This document shows, in pieces, positions 16,977 to 26,958 of a DNA stretch of 64,000 bases. Below the pieces are notes generated by a model. That model ran no database searches and was not told where the DNA came from. It saw only the letters and a program-made list of their open reading frames with translations. Source of the DNA: a virus; the IMG/VR virus record IMGVR_UViG_3300025093_000002, positions 1 through 64,000 of that record; one strand, 5' to 3'. Each line of letters starts with the position of its first letter. Position 1 is the stretch's first letter. Position numbers and translations under genes: made by a program.

Positions 16977-18433
16977 CGCTGCCCCGACGTGATGGTCTTC
17001 ACATCGACCCCTTGGATGTGGCTCCACTGAGCGCCTTCCTCGATGGTCGAGCGGAACCTGTGGAACCGCCCACGGCTGCGCTTCTTGACCGTTCCGGTGT
17101 TGAAGGAAGGCGATTGCTCGTTCGTCCAGACCACCGGGTCGTTGCGCCGAAAGCGGGTGCCGACCGCGCATGTCAGGCTTGCGGTATCGACAACCGGATA
17201 TTGCTCCATGACGGTCGTGATCTGACCGCCCGTGTCGCCCATTTCCTGCGTCGTCACGACAGCCCGCGCGTTGCTGCCGGAGAAGAACCCGAGGCGGTTG
17301 TCGCGGTCGAAAGCAGCCAGAACCGGCGCTCCGCCCTGCCAGACGCGGCTATCAAGCGAGAACGGCAGCGCGTCGAGACTGGCTGAGATATCCGCAAGCC
17401 CCTCAAGCGTCTGCCCCGGCGTTGCGGCCGGAATGTGCAGGACGATTGACGCCTCGGTCTTCGTCCAGCGCGTCAGGTTCCAGTCGTAGACATAGAAGGT
17501 GTCGTAGTCGCCAAGCCCTGCCTCATCGACCGCGAAATAGACCCGCGAATAGAACGGATCAACAATTCCCCTCATCCGGGCGATGTCGGACGCCTTAAGA
17601 CTTTGGAAGATGGTTCGGTCCACCTTCTCGTAGCCGATGGGCGTCAGGGCCCCATCAGGGCCGATCTGGAACAGCCCGCCCTCGTCTGCATAGAACGCAA
17701 ACGAACCGCGCGTGGCGACGCTCAGGGGCGATTTGGCGCCTCTTGCCTCATGGATCTTCTGGAACGTGAAGACTTCGACCGAACCGGGAACGAACGTCGC
17801 CCTGCGAATGGCTCGCTCCTGGAAGATGAGCGGGTTCGTCGCGTCAGTCGCGCCCTGCACCCGTCCACCATCGGGAAACTGCTGAAAATCGCTGTTCGCC
17901 GTTCCCGGCGTCCACATTTCGATGTTGTTCAGGCCCGACCAGTGAATACGATCCGGGTTGGAAGCCAGCCCGATCAGGACGAGGAAGTCGCCCCACACCC
18001 GAACGCTTGACGCGCGCGGCGGGGAGCCTGCCAGGCTGGCAAATGCTGTGCTGGTCGAAAGGTCGAAGACCTGCGGGTCATTATTCGTGTTGACCGCGAC
18101 GACATAGGGACCGAACTGAGCGAACGACCACGGTGCGCTTTCCGTCGCGCCATAGGTCACGAGCGCCTGAGAGACATCGCCCCAGGCGAGTGTCGTGTTG
18201 TCGAGCAGCCAAAGCTTGTCGGTCGTGCCTGCGAAGATGCGAATGTCGCCGGCCAGCGTGCGCGCCATGAAGGCGTTGAGCGGCTTAGCTTCCATCGCTG
18301 CCGTATACGGCTCAAGGCGCGGGAACGGCATGTAGGAGCCGTCTGCGCAGAGCACGTTCAGGATGCTGCTCGACGTATCGCGGTTCAGATTGCTGACATC
18401 GGGCCGATACTCGGCAATGGGCACCATCACCAT
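16973..18433 (-). CDS. Tail nozzle/tubular protein (beta-propeller, P22 gp10-like position)
   Basis: Beta-rich, 486 aa, follows the adaptor. Confidence 0.7.
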   Translation of the reverse strand: MVMVPIAEYRPDVSNLNRDTSSSILNVLCADGSYMPFPRLEPYTAAMEAKPLNAFMARTLAGDIRIFAGTTDKLWLLDNTTLAWGDVSQALVTYGATESAPWSFAQFGPYVVAVNTNNDPQVFDLSTSTAFASLAGSPPRASSVRVWGDFLVLIGLASNPDRIHWSGLNNIEMWTPGTANSDFQQFPDGGRVQGATDATNPLIFQERAIRRATFVPGSVEVFTFQKIHEARGAKSPLSVATRGSFAFYADEGGLFQIGPDGALTPIGYEKVDRTIFQSLKASDIARMRGIVDPFYSRVYFAVDEAGLGDYDTFYVYDWNLTRWTKTEASIVLHIPAATPGQTLEGLADISASLDALPFSLDSRVWQGGAPVLAAFDRDNRLGFFSGSNARAVVTTQEMGDTGGQITTVMEQYPVVDTASLTCAVGTRFRRNDPVVWTNEQSPSFNTGTVKKRSRGRFHRFRSTIEEGAQWSHIQGVDVKTITSGQR

Positions 18434-18434
18434 G

Positions 18435-19142
18435 TCAGAACGCCGTCGCCACGATTACGCCCGTACCATTGCGGCGCGAGGTTTCGGCCTTCAGCGCAAG
18501 GTGCTGCTCGTTGTAGTCGTTCAGCGCCTCGGCAGCGAAGTTCGGCTCCTTCAGGATGTTCTTGTAGAGGATGTATTTCGCCCGCGCCTTCAGTAGGTCG
18601 AATGCCTCGACCAGCCACGCATTGCTGTCAGACGGGTCGGTGATGGGCGTCAGGCGATAAGGCCCAAGCTGCAAGCGAATAGTGAACGAGGTTTCGCCGG
18701 GGATCGGATAGAGCCGGATTTTCTGGTCGTAATAGGTGAACGCATATGGCTCGCCCTTCGATGCCGAATTGTCCGACAGGCTCTCCATGTCCTGCTGACG
18801 CCATCGCAGGAGCGTCGTGCGCTGGCCCTGAGCGTCCTCGCTCCAGGCCGCGACAATGCCGCCAAGGCGCGGGATTTGGGCATTATCCGCAGCGCCATAG
18901 AACTGCTGGTTCTCAACCGTCGCAAAGGTCACGTCGCGCGTCTGGTTGAAATAGTAGATTTCACGCTCGCAGAAGCGGATGGCCTCGAAAATGGCCGTCT
19001 GGATTTGCGCGGTGTATTCGCTCGTCGTGTCGTCAATCTCATCCGCGATCTGGGTCACGAGATTGGAGAACGAGGGCGTCTCGTTGGGAACGAGGGGGCC
19101 GATGGAGTCGATTGGACCGCCGGTCGTGACCTGGATAACCAT
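18435..19142 (-). CDS. Head-tail adaptor
   Basis: IRLYPIP...SNAWL adaptor-like pattern; position. Confidence 0.7.
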   Translation of the reverse strand: MVIQVTTGGPIDSIGPLVPNETPSFSNLVTQIADEIDDTTSEYTAQIQTAIFEAIRFCEREIYYFNQTRDVTFATVENQQFYGAADNAQIPRLGGIVAAWSEDAQGQRTTLLRWRQQDMESLSDNSASKGEPYAFTYYDQKIRLYPIPGETSFTIRLQLGPYRLTPITDPSDSNAWLVEAFDLLKARAKYILYKNILKEPNFAAEALNDYNEQHLALKAETSRRNGTGVIVATAF

Positions 19143-19315
19143 TATTGCACCTCAGGCTTGTGGCGGGTGGCCCATGTGTTGACGGGCGTCAGGTCGTCGC
19201 TCGGAAAGCGCTCGTAAACCCAGCCCTTGGACGTGCGGATGCGCACCGTCACGAAAGGCCCGTTGTTCAGAATTGTCGCATTGTGGAAGCCGAGAGAGGC
19301 CAGATGCTCAAGCAT
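19142..19315 (-). CDS. 57-aa hypothetical protein (not in ORF track)
   Basis: MLEHLASLGFHNATILNNGPFVTVRIRTSKGWVYERF...; TAATG coupling to the adaptor gene. Confidence 0.55.
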   Translation of the reverse strand: MLEHLASLGFHNATILNNGPFVTVRIRTSKGWVYERFPSDDLTPVNTWATRHKPEVQ

Positions 19316-19460
19316 TCGCGCCCTCGCAGGACTTCACATGAAAATGCAGGCCGCGACCGATGTGCTTGCCGCACTTCGCGCAGTGGCCCTTGATGACGGG
19401 TTCGGGCTTCTTCGGTGGCGTGAAGTCCACCAGGCACCAGTCGGTATCAAGATCGATCAT
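19308..19460 (-). CDS. 50-aa C2HC zinc-finger microprotein (not in ORF track)
   Basis: AGGAGG RBS; MIDLDTDWCLVDFTPPKKPEPVIKGHCAKCGKHIGRGLHFHVKSCEGANA. Confidence 0.6.
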   Translation of the reverse strand: MIDLDTDWCLVDFTPPKKPEPVIKGHCAKCGKHIGRGLHFHVKSCEGANA

Positions 19461-19511
19461 GTGGCCTCCTGAAGGAAGGGCGGGGCGACCCGGAAGCCGC
19501 CCCGCTTAGTG

Positions 19512-19907
19512 TCACTGATCGTTGTCGGGGATGTAGGCGATGATGACCTCAAGCGCGCCCGCCGAGGGGGCCGTGCCTGCGCTCAACGTCGCCGTAATCG
19601 TGCGCTCTGCCGGCACGAGCAGGGCCGTTTCCACGTCAAGCTCGATCTGGCCTGCCGTGGAGAGAACCAGTGCCGATGCGTACTCAGCCGCAGCACCGGC
19701 ATAGCCGATGTCCAGGGTCTGGGCGGCTGTGCCTGCGAACGCCGTGGTGACAAATGCACCAGAAGCGTTCGGAACAATCAGCGCGCCAGCCGGCACGGTG
19801 CCGACATCGACCGAGAGAGTGCCGTTCCACACCATGCTCTTGCGAAGATAGTGGACGGCCTGGAGGGCGAGCTGACGGCCCACCTTACCGGGTTCGTTAG
19901 TAGCCAT
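19512..19907 (-). CDS. Capsid cement/decoration protein
   Basis: Beta-rich, 131 aa, directly after the MCP; AGGAGG RBS. Confidence 0.65.
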   Translation of the reverse strand: MATNEPGKVGRQLALQAVHYLRKSMVWNGTLSVDVGTVPAGALIVPNASGAFVTTAFAGTAAQTLDIGYAGAAAEYASALVLSTAGQIELDVETALLVPAERTITATLSAGTAPSAGALEVIIAYIPDNDQ

Positions 19908-19919
19908 GTTCAGGCCTCC

Positions 19920-21029
19920 TTATGCCGGGTTCGCATACGAAGACACGACGATGACACCGAAGTCCGTGCTATCGAACACGGTCTTCTTCATGCCAAAGAC
20001 GGTCTTTGCAGCGACACCGAGTTCGCGCTGATAGTCGAAGGTTTCTTCCACCAGCTTGTACTTGGACGGGGAGAACTTCATGCCGAAGGCCGCGACCATC
20101 GACTGAGCGCCCAGAAGCACGGCACGGCGAACCGTGGTGATCTGCGCACCAGTGGACGAGTTCACGCCGGGAACGACATGCTCGGACTCGCGAAGGACGA
20201 CACCGTTGTATTCGCCCAGAGCGCCCGAATAGATCGGGTTGTTCTGGCGCGAGCCCTGATAGACGGCCTTGGTGATGTCGAGCCACTGGCCGGTCGAGGT
20301 GTTCGTGCGAAGCGAAGTCACCTGCGTCGGGTGGAGGTACATCACGTATTTGTCCGAACCGTCGATGCGGACGGGACGGATCTTCGGGTTTGCCAGCTTG
20401 GCGCGCTCGACGGCCTTGTCGATGAGCTGGATGTTGAACACGTCTTCTGCGACGATATCTTCATCCGCGTCGTTGGTGGCCGGCGAAGTCGCGTCTGCCC
20501 ACACATGGCGGGAAGCGGACGGTGCGATCGGCGCATTGAAGCCGTAGTGAACCGGCGACATGGCAATGGTGCGGCCTTCGAACGCCATCGAGGGAGCGGT
20601 GAAGCCACCCCAATGAACGAACGCCGTCATCGACATGCGGTCGGCATACCAGTCGACGAGACCGGCATTGGCTTCTTCGCGCAGGTTGAACGGAACGCGC
20701 TGAACGTCGATGGTGCCTTCGTTCTTCACGCGAACCGCGTGCGCGAGTTCGTTGATGAGGATCGCGTCGGAATAGGTCGCCAGTGCCTCTTCGTTGCCTT
20801 CGAGGATGGTGCCTTCCGAAACGCCGTCACCGACGAGCTGCCGGCGCAGGCCAAAGGTCACGCGGTCGCCCGCGCCCTTCTGGGTTTCATCCTTGAGCTG
20901 GATGATGGAGCTGGAAGAGGTGCCGATGAGCGGAGCAATCGCGGTGGCCTTGCTGACTTCGACAGCCAGTTTCTTGGACCAGAGCTTGACGGCAAGCGCA
21001 TCGTTCACCCCATAGGTCGTAACGGCCAT
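19920..21029 (-). CDS. Major capsid protein, N4-gp56/DUF4043 family
   Basis: AVKLWSKKL...GDRVTFGLRRQLVGDGV...LEGNEE...DFGVIVV. Confidence 0.9.
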   Translation of the reverse strand: MAVTTYGVNDALAVKLWSKKLAVEVSKATAIAPLIGTSSSSIIQLKDETQKGAGDRVTFGLRRQLVGDGVSEGTILEGNEEALATYSDAILINELAHAVRVKNEGTIDVQRVPFNLREEANAGLVDWYADRMSMTAFVHWGGFTAPSMAFEGRTIAMSPVHYGFNAPIAPSASRHVWADATSPATNDADEDIVAEDVFNIQLIDKAVERAKLANPKIRPVRIDGSDKYVMYLHPTQVTSLRTNTSTGQWLDITKAVYQGSRQNNPIYSGALGEYNGVVLRESEHVVPGVNSSTGAQITTVRRAVLLGAQSMVAAFGMKFSPSKYKLVEETFDYQRELGVAAKTVFGMKKTVFDSTDFGVIVVSSYANPA

Positions 21030-21188
21030 TGTGGCCTCCTATGAGAGATGTTGATGTCGTGGGTTGCTGTCGCTGTGACGCTGCGATCGGGCGAAGCCAG
21101 TTGACCCATTGGCGTGGGGCGCTGATGCGTTCAGCGCGAGACGAAAGCCGCCCTTTGAGCCGGCGGCTATTTGCTCAGTTCGTTGCGG

Positions 21189-22163
21189 TTATCCCGCACC
21201 CATCATGCGCTCGAACCTGCGAGCGTTTTCGGGGCTCTCCATCCATGCGGAAAACTCTCTGTCCGACATGGAGGCAACGGCTTCAGGCGAAAGCGGGTCG
21301 TTCCCGCCCTTGCCAGGGTTCGCGGCAATGGTACGCGCCGCATTCTGGGCCTCGGCCACCTTTGCGAGGTTGCCGGGCAATTCGGTGTGCTTCTGCGCCG
21401 GCTGTTCGGCTGGCTTGTAGCCGTAGCCCTGCGCCAGCTCGTAGATGAACTGTGCCGACGACATGTTCTGCTGCTTGGCAGCGATGACGATCTGCTTCAG
21501 CTCGGCTTCGATCTGCGCATTGCGCGCCTTCGGGTCGGAGAACCGTGCGTCCACCTTGCCGAGTGCCTGAAGCTGCGTGTCGCGGAACTGCGAAAGCCAC
21601 TGCGCCGCGTTCGGGAAGTCCGCATTTTCCTGCACATAGGACCGCGCGTCGGTTTCCCAGGCGCTCCATATCTGCTGTTCGGCCTGTGTCTCCTGCTGGC
21701 GGGCCTGCTCTGCCTGTTGCCGCTCCTGTTCGGCCTTCTGCGACTGAACTAGCCTGTCCTGCGTCCATTTCAGGGCCGCGAACACGTCTTCGTTCGGGTC
21801 AGGCGGCGTGTCGTCGTTCTTGGCTTCCTGTTGGGGCTGTTGGGCCTTGAGAAGCGTGTTCCAGCGGTCTTCCATGACCGCCTTGAACTGCTTCAGCCCC
21901 TCAAGCTCGCTCTCGACGGCCTTGCGGCGTTCCCGCTCCTGATGCAGCGCACCGTGCGGGACGAACTTGCCCTTCTCGTCGCGAGGCGTTTCGACCTGTT
22001 CCGCGACTTCTTCCGTGGTTTCGACCTGTTGCGTCTCGACCTCGGCTTCCGGTGCTGCTGCGCCTTCGTCCTTGACCTCGACTTCAGTCTCGCCGCCCGT
22101 CTGGAAGTATGCCTGTTCGGCGTCGGAAAGAGCATCGCCCCCGACGTTGTTTTCGTCTGCCAT
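21189..22163 (-). CDS. Capsid scaffolding protein
   Basis: Acidic N-terminus, VPHGALHQERERRK motif, coiled coil, between portal and MCP. Confidence 0.8.
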   Translation of the reverse strand: MADENNVGGDALSDAEQAYFQTGGETEVEVKDEGAAAPEAEVETQQVETTEEVAEQVETPRDEKGKFVPHGALHQERERRKAVESELEGLKQFKAVMEDRWNTLLKAQQPQQEAKNDDTPPDPNEDVFAALKWTQDRLVQSQKAEQERQQAEQARQQETQAEQQIWSAWETDARSYVQENADFPNAAQWLSQFRDTQLQALGKVDARFSDPKARNAQIEAELKQIVIAAKQQNMSSAQFIYELAQGYGYKPAEQPAQKHTELPGNLAKVAEAQNAARTIAANPGKGGNDPLSPEAVASMSDREFSAWMESPENARRFERMMGAG

Positions 22164-22243
22164 GTTTCACCATTGTGCCCGTATCGTGGGCCATTCGAAG
22201 CGTGATGCGTTCACGCGGACGAAGCCAGCCGTGATGGCTGGAA

Positions 22244-24286
22244 TTACTTGGCCGACGACGTGCGCCGGGTATTCGCGTTCTGCTGTGCGATTTCGTTGGC
22301 GCGAGCCTTGGCCGCGATCTGCATCAATTGCAGTTCGGCCTTGCGCTCGTCCATCGCCATCTTCAAATCGGCCTCGCGCTGCTTCATGAACAGGTCGATA
22401 CTGTCCTTCTGGATCGCCATTTCGTTCTTGGCCTGGTCCATCTGCAAATCAGCGGCCTTGCCGGCCATGTCCATCTCGTGCTTCTGCTGCTCTGCCATCA
22501 TCTTCACCTCTTCAGGCGAAGGCGGCTGGTTCTGAGCGGCCTGCTGCTGCGCTTCCATCGCCTTGCGCGTCCAACGATCGACAAGCGATGCCGGCAGCGG
22601 CGAATACTTCAGCACCTCAAGCGCGCTTTCCGGCGTCATCAAGTCCTTCATCATCGGCAGCATCTGCATGATGATCTGCCACGTCCGTTCCTTCTCGTTC
22701 GGGCTGGACGGCGCATCATCGACAATGATGTCGTAGGTCTTGTCGGCAATGCTCTCCTTGGTGAGCGGGACGTATTCCTTCTTGTCGTCGCCAACGATGC
22801 GGATCAGGCGCCCGTCGCTCAGATGGTTCTGGATCAGGAACAGCATCACGCGGCCCTGACGCTTGCGATAGCGGCGAAGGCTGTTGAACAGCGAGGCCAA
22901 GAGGTTCAGCGAGGACTGGCGGCGCTGGTATTCGAGCACACCGGCCTGATCAACCTCACGCGTGCCAAGGAACTCCTGCGACAGGCCCGTAACCTGGCTG
23001 ATGGCTTCCTTGCTCTCCTGGAAGAGCGTGAAGAACCCTGCCGGGAACTGCGCCTGCGGCTTCTCGATGAATTTCGGAGCCGCGCCGGACAACGAGCCCT
23101 TGGTAAACCACGTAATCTCGTCAGCCCTTGCCCAGCTCAATTCGGCCTGGTTATCGTCCTCGAACGCGCCACGCTCTGCCGCTATGCCGCCCTTCGACTG
23201 GCTATTGAGCAGGAACATGACCTGGCTGAAATACTTGTTCGACCAGCGCTGCGGATCCTTGGCCGTGCGCACGATGCCGTAGAACTGGCCCTTGATCTTG
23301 TCGCGATAGCCGGTGACGCACTCCCAGCCGAACAGCCCGGCGGGCACCAGCGGCTTGTCAGGCTCGCCAAGAACCTCACGGCCGATGAATGCACGACGCA
23401 CGACCTTGCGCGTCTGGCGCACCACCGGGAAGCCGGGAATGTCCTTGCGGATAAGCTGCACCTGACGCTCGTCATACTCGCGCGGTTCGCCCGTCATCAT
23501 GTCGGGGCCGCGATAGTAGACCTCGCGCTCAAACCAGCGGCATTCGACAATCGTGCAGTTCTTCGACCGACCTAGCGCCTGATCGACATACTCGCCCTGT
23601 TCGCCCTCATAGCGGTCGGCAGAGTCCTGGTCGTGCGGGTCGGTCGGGTCATTCGAAAGCGTGACGGCCCAGCCAGCGTGCAGCATTTCCTTCGGCACGT
23701 CAGGAAACATTTCCCGCGCCTTGGAGTAGGGCATCTCGTCCACGTACCAAAGGCGCTCGGCATCCTGAAGGTTCGGCTTAACCGCGTTGCAGTCCCATGC
23801 CATCTTCAGGCAGTTGAGGCGGCGAACCTTGGGCGCGCCGTCAGGGTCTTCCTCGAAATCAAGGCTCGTGTCCGTCCAGCCCATGCCGGAAATGACCGCA
23901 TCCTCGAATGCGTCCGACTCTTCGTCCTCAGCCTCGGTCTGGTCGCGAAACCACTCGGCAGCAGACGACAGCAGTTCGTTGGCCTGCGCATCGCCCATCT
24001 CGCGAGGGATATACTGGACCTCACGGCGATTGTTGATTTCCGAGCCGACGACCGCGTTCACCAGCGGCGCAACGCGATTGAACGTCATCGCCGGCCGGTT
24101 CTTGGCCCTCAGTTGGTCGAGGTCGTCCTTGTTCCACTGGTCGCCGGCATAGAACTCAAAGTCTTCGCGGGCTTCCTTGCGCCATTCCAGCACGTGCTTG
24201 ATGTCGTCCTTGAACCACGACTTCAGGCGCGCGGACAGTTCGTCCTGCTCTTCGGCATCGCGGGTGACTTCGTATTCTTCAGCCAT
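22244..24286 (-). CDS. Portal protein, P22-like
   Basis: EAREDFEFYAGDQW...RPAMTFNR...; C-terminal Gln-rich barrel. Confidence 0.88.
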   Translation of the reverse strand: MAEEYEVTRDAEEQDELSARLKSWFKDDIKHVLEWRKEAREDFEFYAGDQWNKDDLDQLRAKNRPAMTFNRVAPLVNAVVGSEINNRREVQYIPREMGDAQANELLSSAAEWFRDQTEAEDEESDAFEDAVISGMGWTDTSLDFEEDPDGAPKVRRLNCLKMAWDCNAVKPNLQDAERLWYVDEMPYSKAREMFPDVPKEMLHAGWAVTLSNDPTDPHDQDSADRYEGEQGEYVDQALGRSKNCTIVECRWFEREVYYRGPDMMTGEPREYDERQVQLIRKDIPGFPVVRQTRKVVRRAFIGREVLGEPDKPLVPAGLFGWECVTGYRDKIKGQFYGIVRTAKDPQRWSNKYFSQVMFLLNSQSKGGIAAERGAFEDDNQAELSWARADEITWFTKGSLSGAAPKFIEKPQAQFPAGFFTLFQESKEAISQVTGLSQEFLGTREVDQAGVLEYQRRQSSLNLLASLFNSLRRYRKRQGRVMLFLIQNHLSDGRLIRIVGDDKKEYVPLTKESIADKTYDIIVDDAPSSPNEKERTWQIIMQMLPMMKDLMTPESALEVLKYSPLPASLVDRWTRKAMEAQQQAAQNQPPSPEEVKMMAEQQKHEMDMAGKAADLQMDQAKNEMAIQKDSIDLFMKQREADLKMAMDERKAELQLMQIAAKARANEIAQQNANTRRTSSAK

Positions 24287-25591
24287 TTACGATGCCATCC
24301 ATGATGTGTTGCGTGACGAGCCAAAGCCCTGGTAGCGGCCCTTGATGGCCTGCTGTCGCGGTTGCTCGTAAGCCACGCACATGAGGCCGAACGCATCGGC
24401 GCCGTGCGATGACCAGTCGTGCTCAGGACCAAGCCCGACGCCGCGCTGCTCGTCTTTCTTCTCGTGATACCAGCCAAGGGCATCGAGCCCCGCTGACGTT
24501 GTTTCCTCGTTGAACCAGATGGACGGGAACAGTCGCCTGCCCGCCTCGACGCGCTTCAAGGCCGCGCCCTTGCCCTGGTTCTGGATCGTCTCTGTCGTGA
24601 AGCCTGCAGCCTCGATGTGGTCCTGAAACCGAACCGCGCTCACCATGTCGTGACGTGCGCCATCGTGAGGAAGAACGCACAGCGCGTTGTCGTAGCCCTT
24701 CGACCGCAGCCAGTTCAGATGCGCCTCAAGCGGCTGGCCTTCAGCCTCGTAGTAATCCAGCACCCTGATTTCACGGCCGACAAACTGAGCAACCCAGATG
24801 GCTGTCGCATCCCTGACGCCGATGTCCCAGAATGCCTTGAATGGAAGAACCGGGTCTTTCGACACGCGGCCGACGCGCTGTTCCTGCCGAGCCGTCGTGA
24901 TAGCCTCTGCGTAGTAGGCGCCCTCGATGAGCGTCTTGAAATCGCCTTCCCAGATGTGTGGATACTGGTCGGGACGCTTCTTCCTGTCCTCCTGACGCTC
25001 TTTCTCAAGCACCTCGGGAAACCACGGATTGTCCGACCAGTTGATTTCAACGATCTTCGAACCCTCAGGCGGGTTTTCTCTGAACCTCTTGTGCGTCGCG
25101 CTGTTCTTGCGCTCAGGGTTGTAGGTGACCCAAATCTCCGAGTCATGCTCGCGAACGGTCGGGACGACCTTGACCCACGCAGCTTCCGAAACCGGCTCTG
25201 CCTCATCCACCCACAGCAGATGGATTTGCGACTTCGACTTGATGCTGTCGAGGTTGTGCCGAAGACCGATGAATGCAAACGAGATGCGCCCGTCGATCGT
25301 GCGAATGTATTTCTCGCCCACGTCGTAGTGAGCAGCCAGCCACGGCTCGGATGCAATCGCGGCCTTGACCTCGGCCATCGAGCTTTCGTCCAGCGAGTTC
25401 ATGAACTCACGACCGCAGACGATGACGCCCGACTTTCCTTCCTGGCTGAGCTGGTAGCCCTTAACCGCCGCCATCTTGGCGAACGAGCGCGTCTTTCCTG
25501 AACCACGCCCACCATATGCCCCACGATACCGCGCCTCGCCGGCAAAGACCGGGATCAGCTTTGGCGGCAGCTCAAGTCGAACGCTGGTCAT
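24287..25591 (-). CDS. terL: Terminase large subunit (PBSX/Terminase_3 type)
   Basis: GGRGSGKT Walker A, WVDEAE Walker B, HDWSSHGADAF nuclease motif. Confidence 0.93.
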   Translation of the reverse strand: MTSVRLELPPKLIPVFAGEARYRGAYGGRGSGKTRSFAKMAAVKGYQLSQEGKSGVIVCGREFMNSLDESSMAEVKAAIASEPWLAAHYDVGEKYIRTIDGRISFAFIGLRHNLDSIKSKSQIHLLWVDEAEPVSEAAWVKVVPTVREHDSEIWVTYNPERKNSATHKRFRENPPEGSKIVEINWSDNPWFPEVLEKERQEDRKKRPDQYPHIWEGDFKTLIEGAYYAEAITTARQEQRVGRVSKDPVLPFKAFWDIGVRDATAIWVAQFVGREIRVLDYYEAEGQPLEAHLNWLRSKGYDNALCVLPHDGARHDMVSAVRFQDHIEAAGFTTETIQNQGKGAALKRVEAGRRLFPSIWFNEETTSAGLDALGWYHEKKDEQRGVGLGPEHDWSSHGADAFGLMCVAYEQPRQQAIKGRYQGFGSSRNTSWMAS

Positions 25592-25883
25592 GACCTTGCG
25601 GAGCGACGAGTTCGATGCGCGTCACCGTCTTGACCGGCCCGCCATCCTCGCCCGTCACCTGCATCGGCAGCACCTTGCCCAAGAGACTCATGAACGGCCC
25701 GGGGTTCTGCACTGCCTGTGTTTCGAGATAGGCAGCCAGGTCGCCGCCACCTGCGTTTGTAGCCGCCTTCAGAATGGCGTCCTTGAGCAGAGCGGTGGTT
25801 TTGTTGACCGCACCCTTGGGACGGCCCTTGCCAGCAGCCGGCGGTTTCTGATTGCCACTAGCCGCCACTTCTTTAGTGGCCAT
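25572..25883 (-). CDS. terS: Terminase small subunit-like protein
   Basis: GRPKGAVNKTT...FMSLLGKVLP; overlaps the terL start. Confidence 0.7.
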   Translation of the reverse strand: MATKEVAASGNQKPPAAGKGRPKGAVNKTTALLKDAILKAATNAGGGDLAAYLETQAVQNPGPFMSLLGKVLPMQVTGEDGGPVKTVTRIELVAPQGHDQRST

Positions 25884-25910
25884 GATGTCTATCCGTGTTA
25901 CAGTTTGAGA

Positions 25911-26129
25911 ATGTCGATAGCCCGTCAGTTCAGGCCACCAGAAGCACCGAAAAGGATGGCGTCGGAAAAGCCGACGGCACCGAAGAAGCGTCCCAAGACA
26001 GGCGGGCGGAAGCCTTCTGCCGACCCGTCATTGGTGCTGACGCTGCGGCTCAAAACGTCGGAGGCTGAACGCTTGCCGAAGGATTGGCGCGCTCAGGCTG
26101 CTGATTTCCTGCGCGGTCTAGCCAGCTAA
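25911..26129 (+). CDS. Small ribbon-helix-helix (BrnA-antitoxin-like) DNA-binding protein
   Basis: GGRKPSADPSLVLTLRL...DWRAQAADFLR resembles the GRPK...VTLRL...GWQTRIN pattern; start uncertain. Confidence 0.45.
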   Translation: MSIARQFRPPEAPKRMASEKPTAPKKRPKTGGRKPSADPSLVLTLRLKTSEAERLPKDWRAQAADFLRGLAS

Positions 26130-26148
26130 TGGCTGCTTGTGTTGGGGG

Positions 26149-26331
26149 TTAGCGGGCCTGCCCGGCGCTGCAATCGACGGCAGGCCAGATCGACGGGTCA
26201 TAGCTTGCACCGTACGGGATGCCGTCGATTTTGAACTGAACGCGAAGAAATTTGGCTGCCCACGCAAGAACGATGACCTTCCACGCTGGGAAAGGCTGAA
26301 GTTTCAGATTGTTCGGGTGATAGGGACGCAT
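26149..26331 (-). CDS. Hypothetical protein
   Basis: AAGAGAGG RBS and a 60-aa ORF in late orientation. Confidence 0.5.
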   Translation of the reverse strand: MRPYHPNNLKLQPFPAWKVIVLAWAAKFLRVQFKIDGIPYGASYDPSIWPAVDCSAGQAR

Positions 26332-26958
26332 GGCTTTAGCCTCTCTTGTTCGCTCAAAAGAAAACGGGCCGCTCCGGCAAAGAGCAGCCCGCCATCGCAA
26401 CCAAACTACAGGACAGCTTGGTATCTCTCTGTTGCCCTTGTGGGGTGGAACGGGACGCTAGAAAAGGGCCGCGACGAGTAGGTGCGCCAGACCCATGATT
26501 GCCAAAAGCGGCACAATCGGACGGGTGACATCCGCCAGCGCCCACTTCAGCCTTTTCATCGTCATCGGATCGCCCATTGCCGTCCCGTATCTGCTTTGCC
26601 CTGATAGGGGCTGATGAAAGGTGCGAGGCGACAGGAGCTGCTATACGGCTGGGGCGCGCTTTCGAGCAGCACATTCACGCCCGTAATCCGTCCTTCTGTG
26701 CCTCGCCACGAGGAACGGCCAGGAACGAACCCCAACCTTCACGACATCGCTGCCGCCTCGCATGTAGTTCCCACCAGTGTCCCGCTAGAAGCTAAGATGC
26801 TGTTTCGTGTGTCGGGTGGTGGGGTAGTGCTGCGAGGCGGCATTCGCGCGATATGCCTTTGCCTAGTTGAAGGGCTTATCCGCGCCGCTGTTCATGGGCA
26901 CGGACCTCACATTCCGTTGGCGACAAATCGCCTGTATCGTGGACCTTTTGGAGGTCAG

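Noticed and set aside
19509-21044. Long antisense ORFs (also 22328..23575, 32049..33401, 39654..40676, 51029..52396, 55676..56812)
   Set aside because: Shadow frames of well-supported genes in high-GC DNA, with no motifs or RBS.
26600-26700. Hammerhead ribozyme suggested by CTGATGA near 26611
   Set aside because: I could not find the stem II-GAAA-stem III arrangement after the motif.
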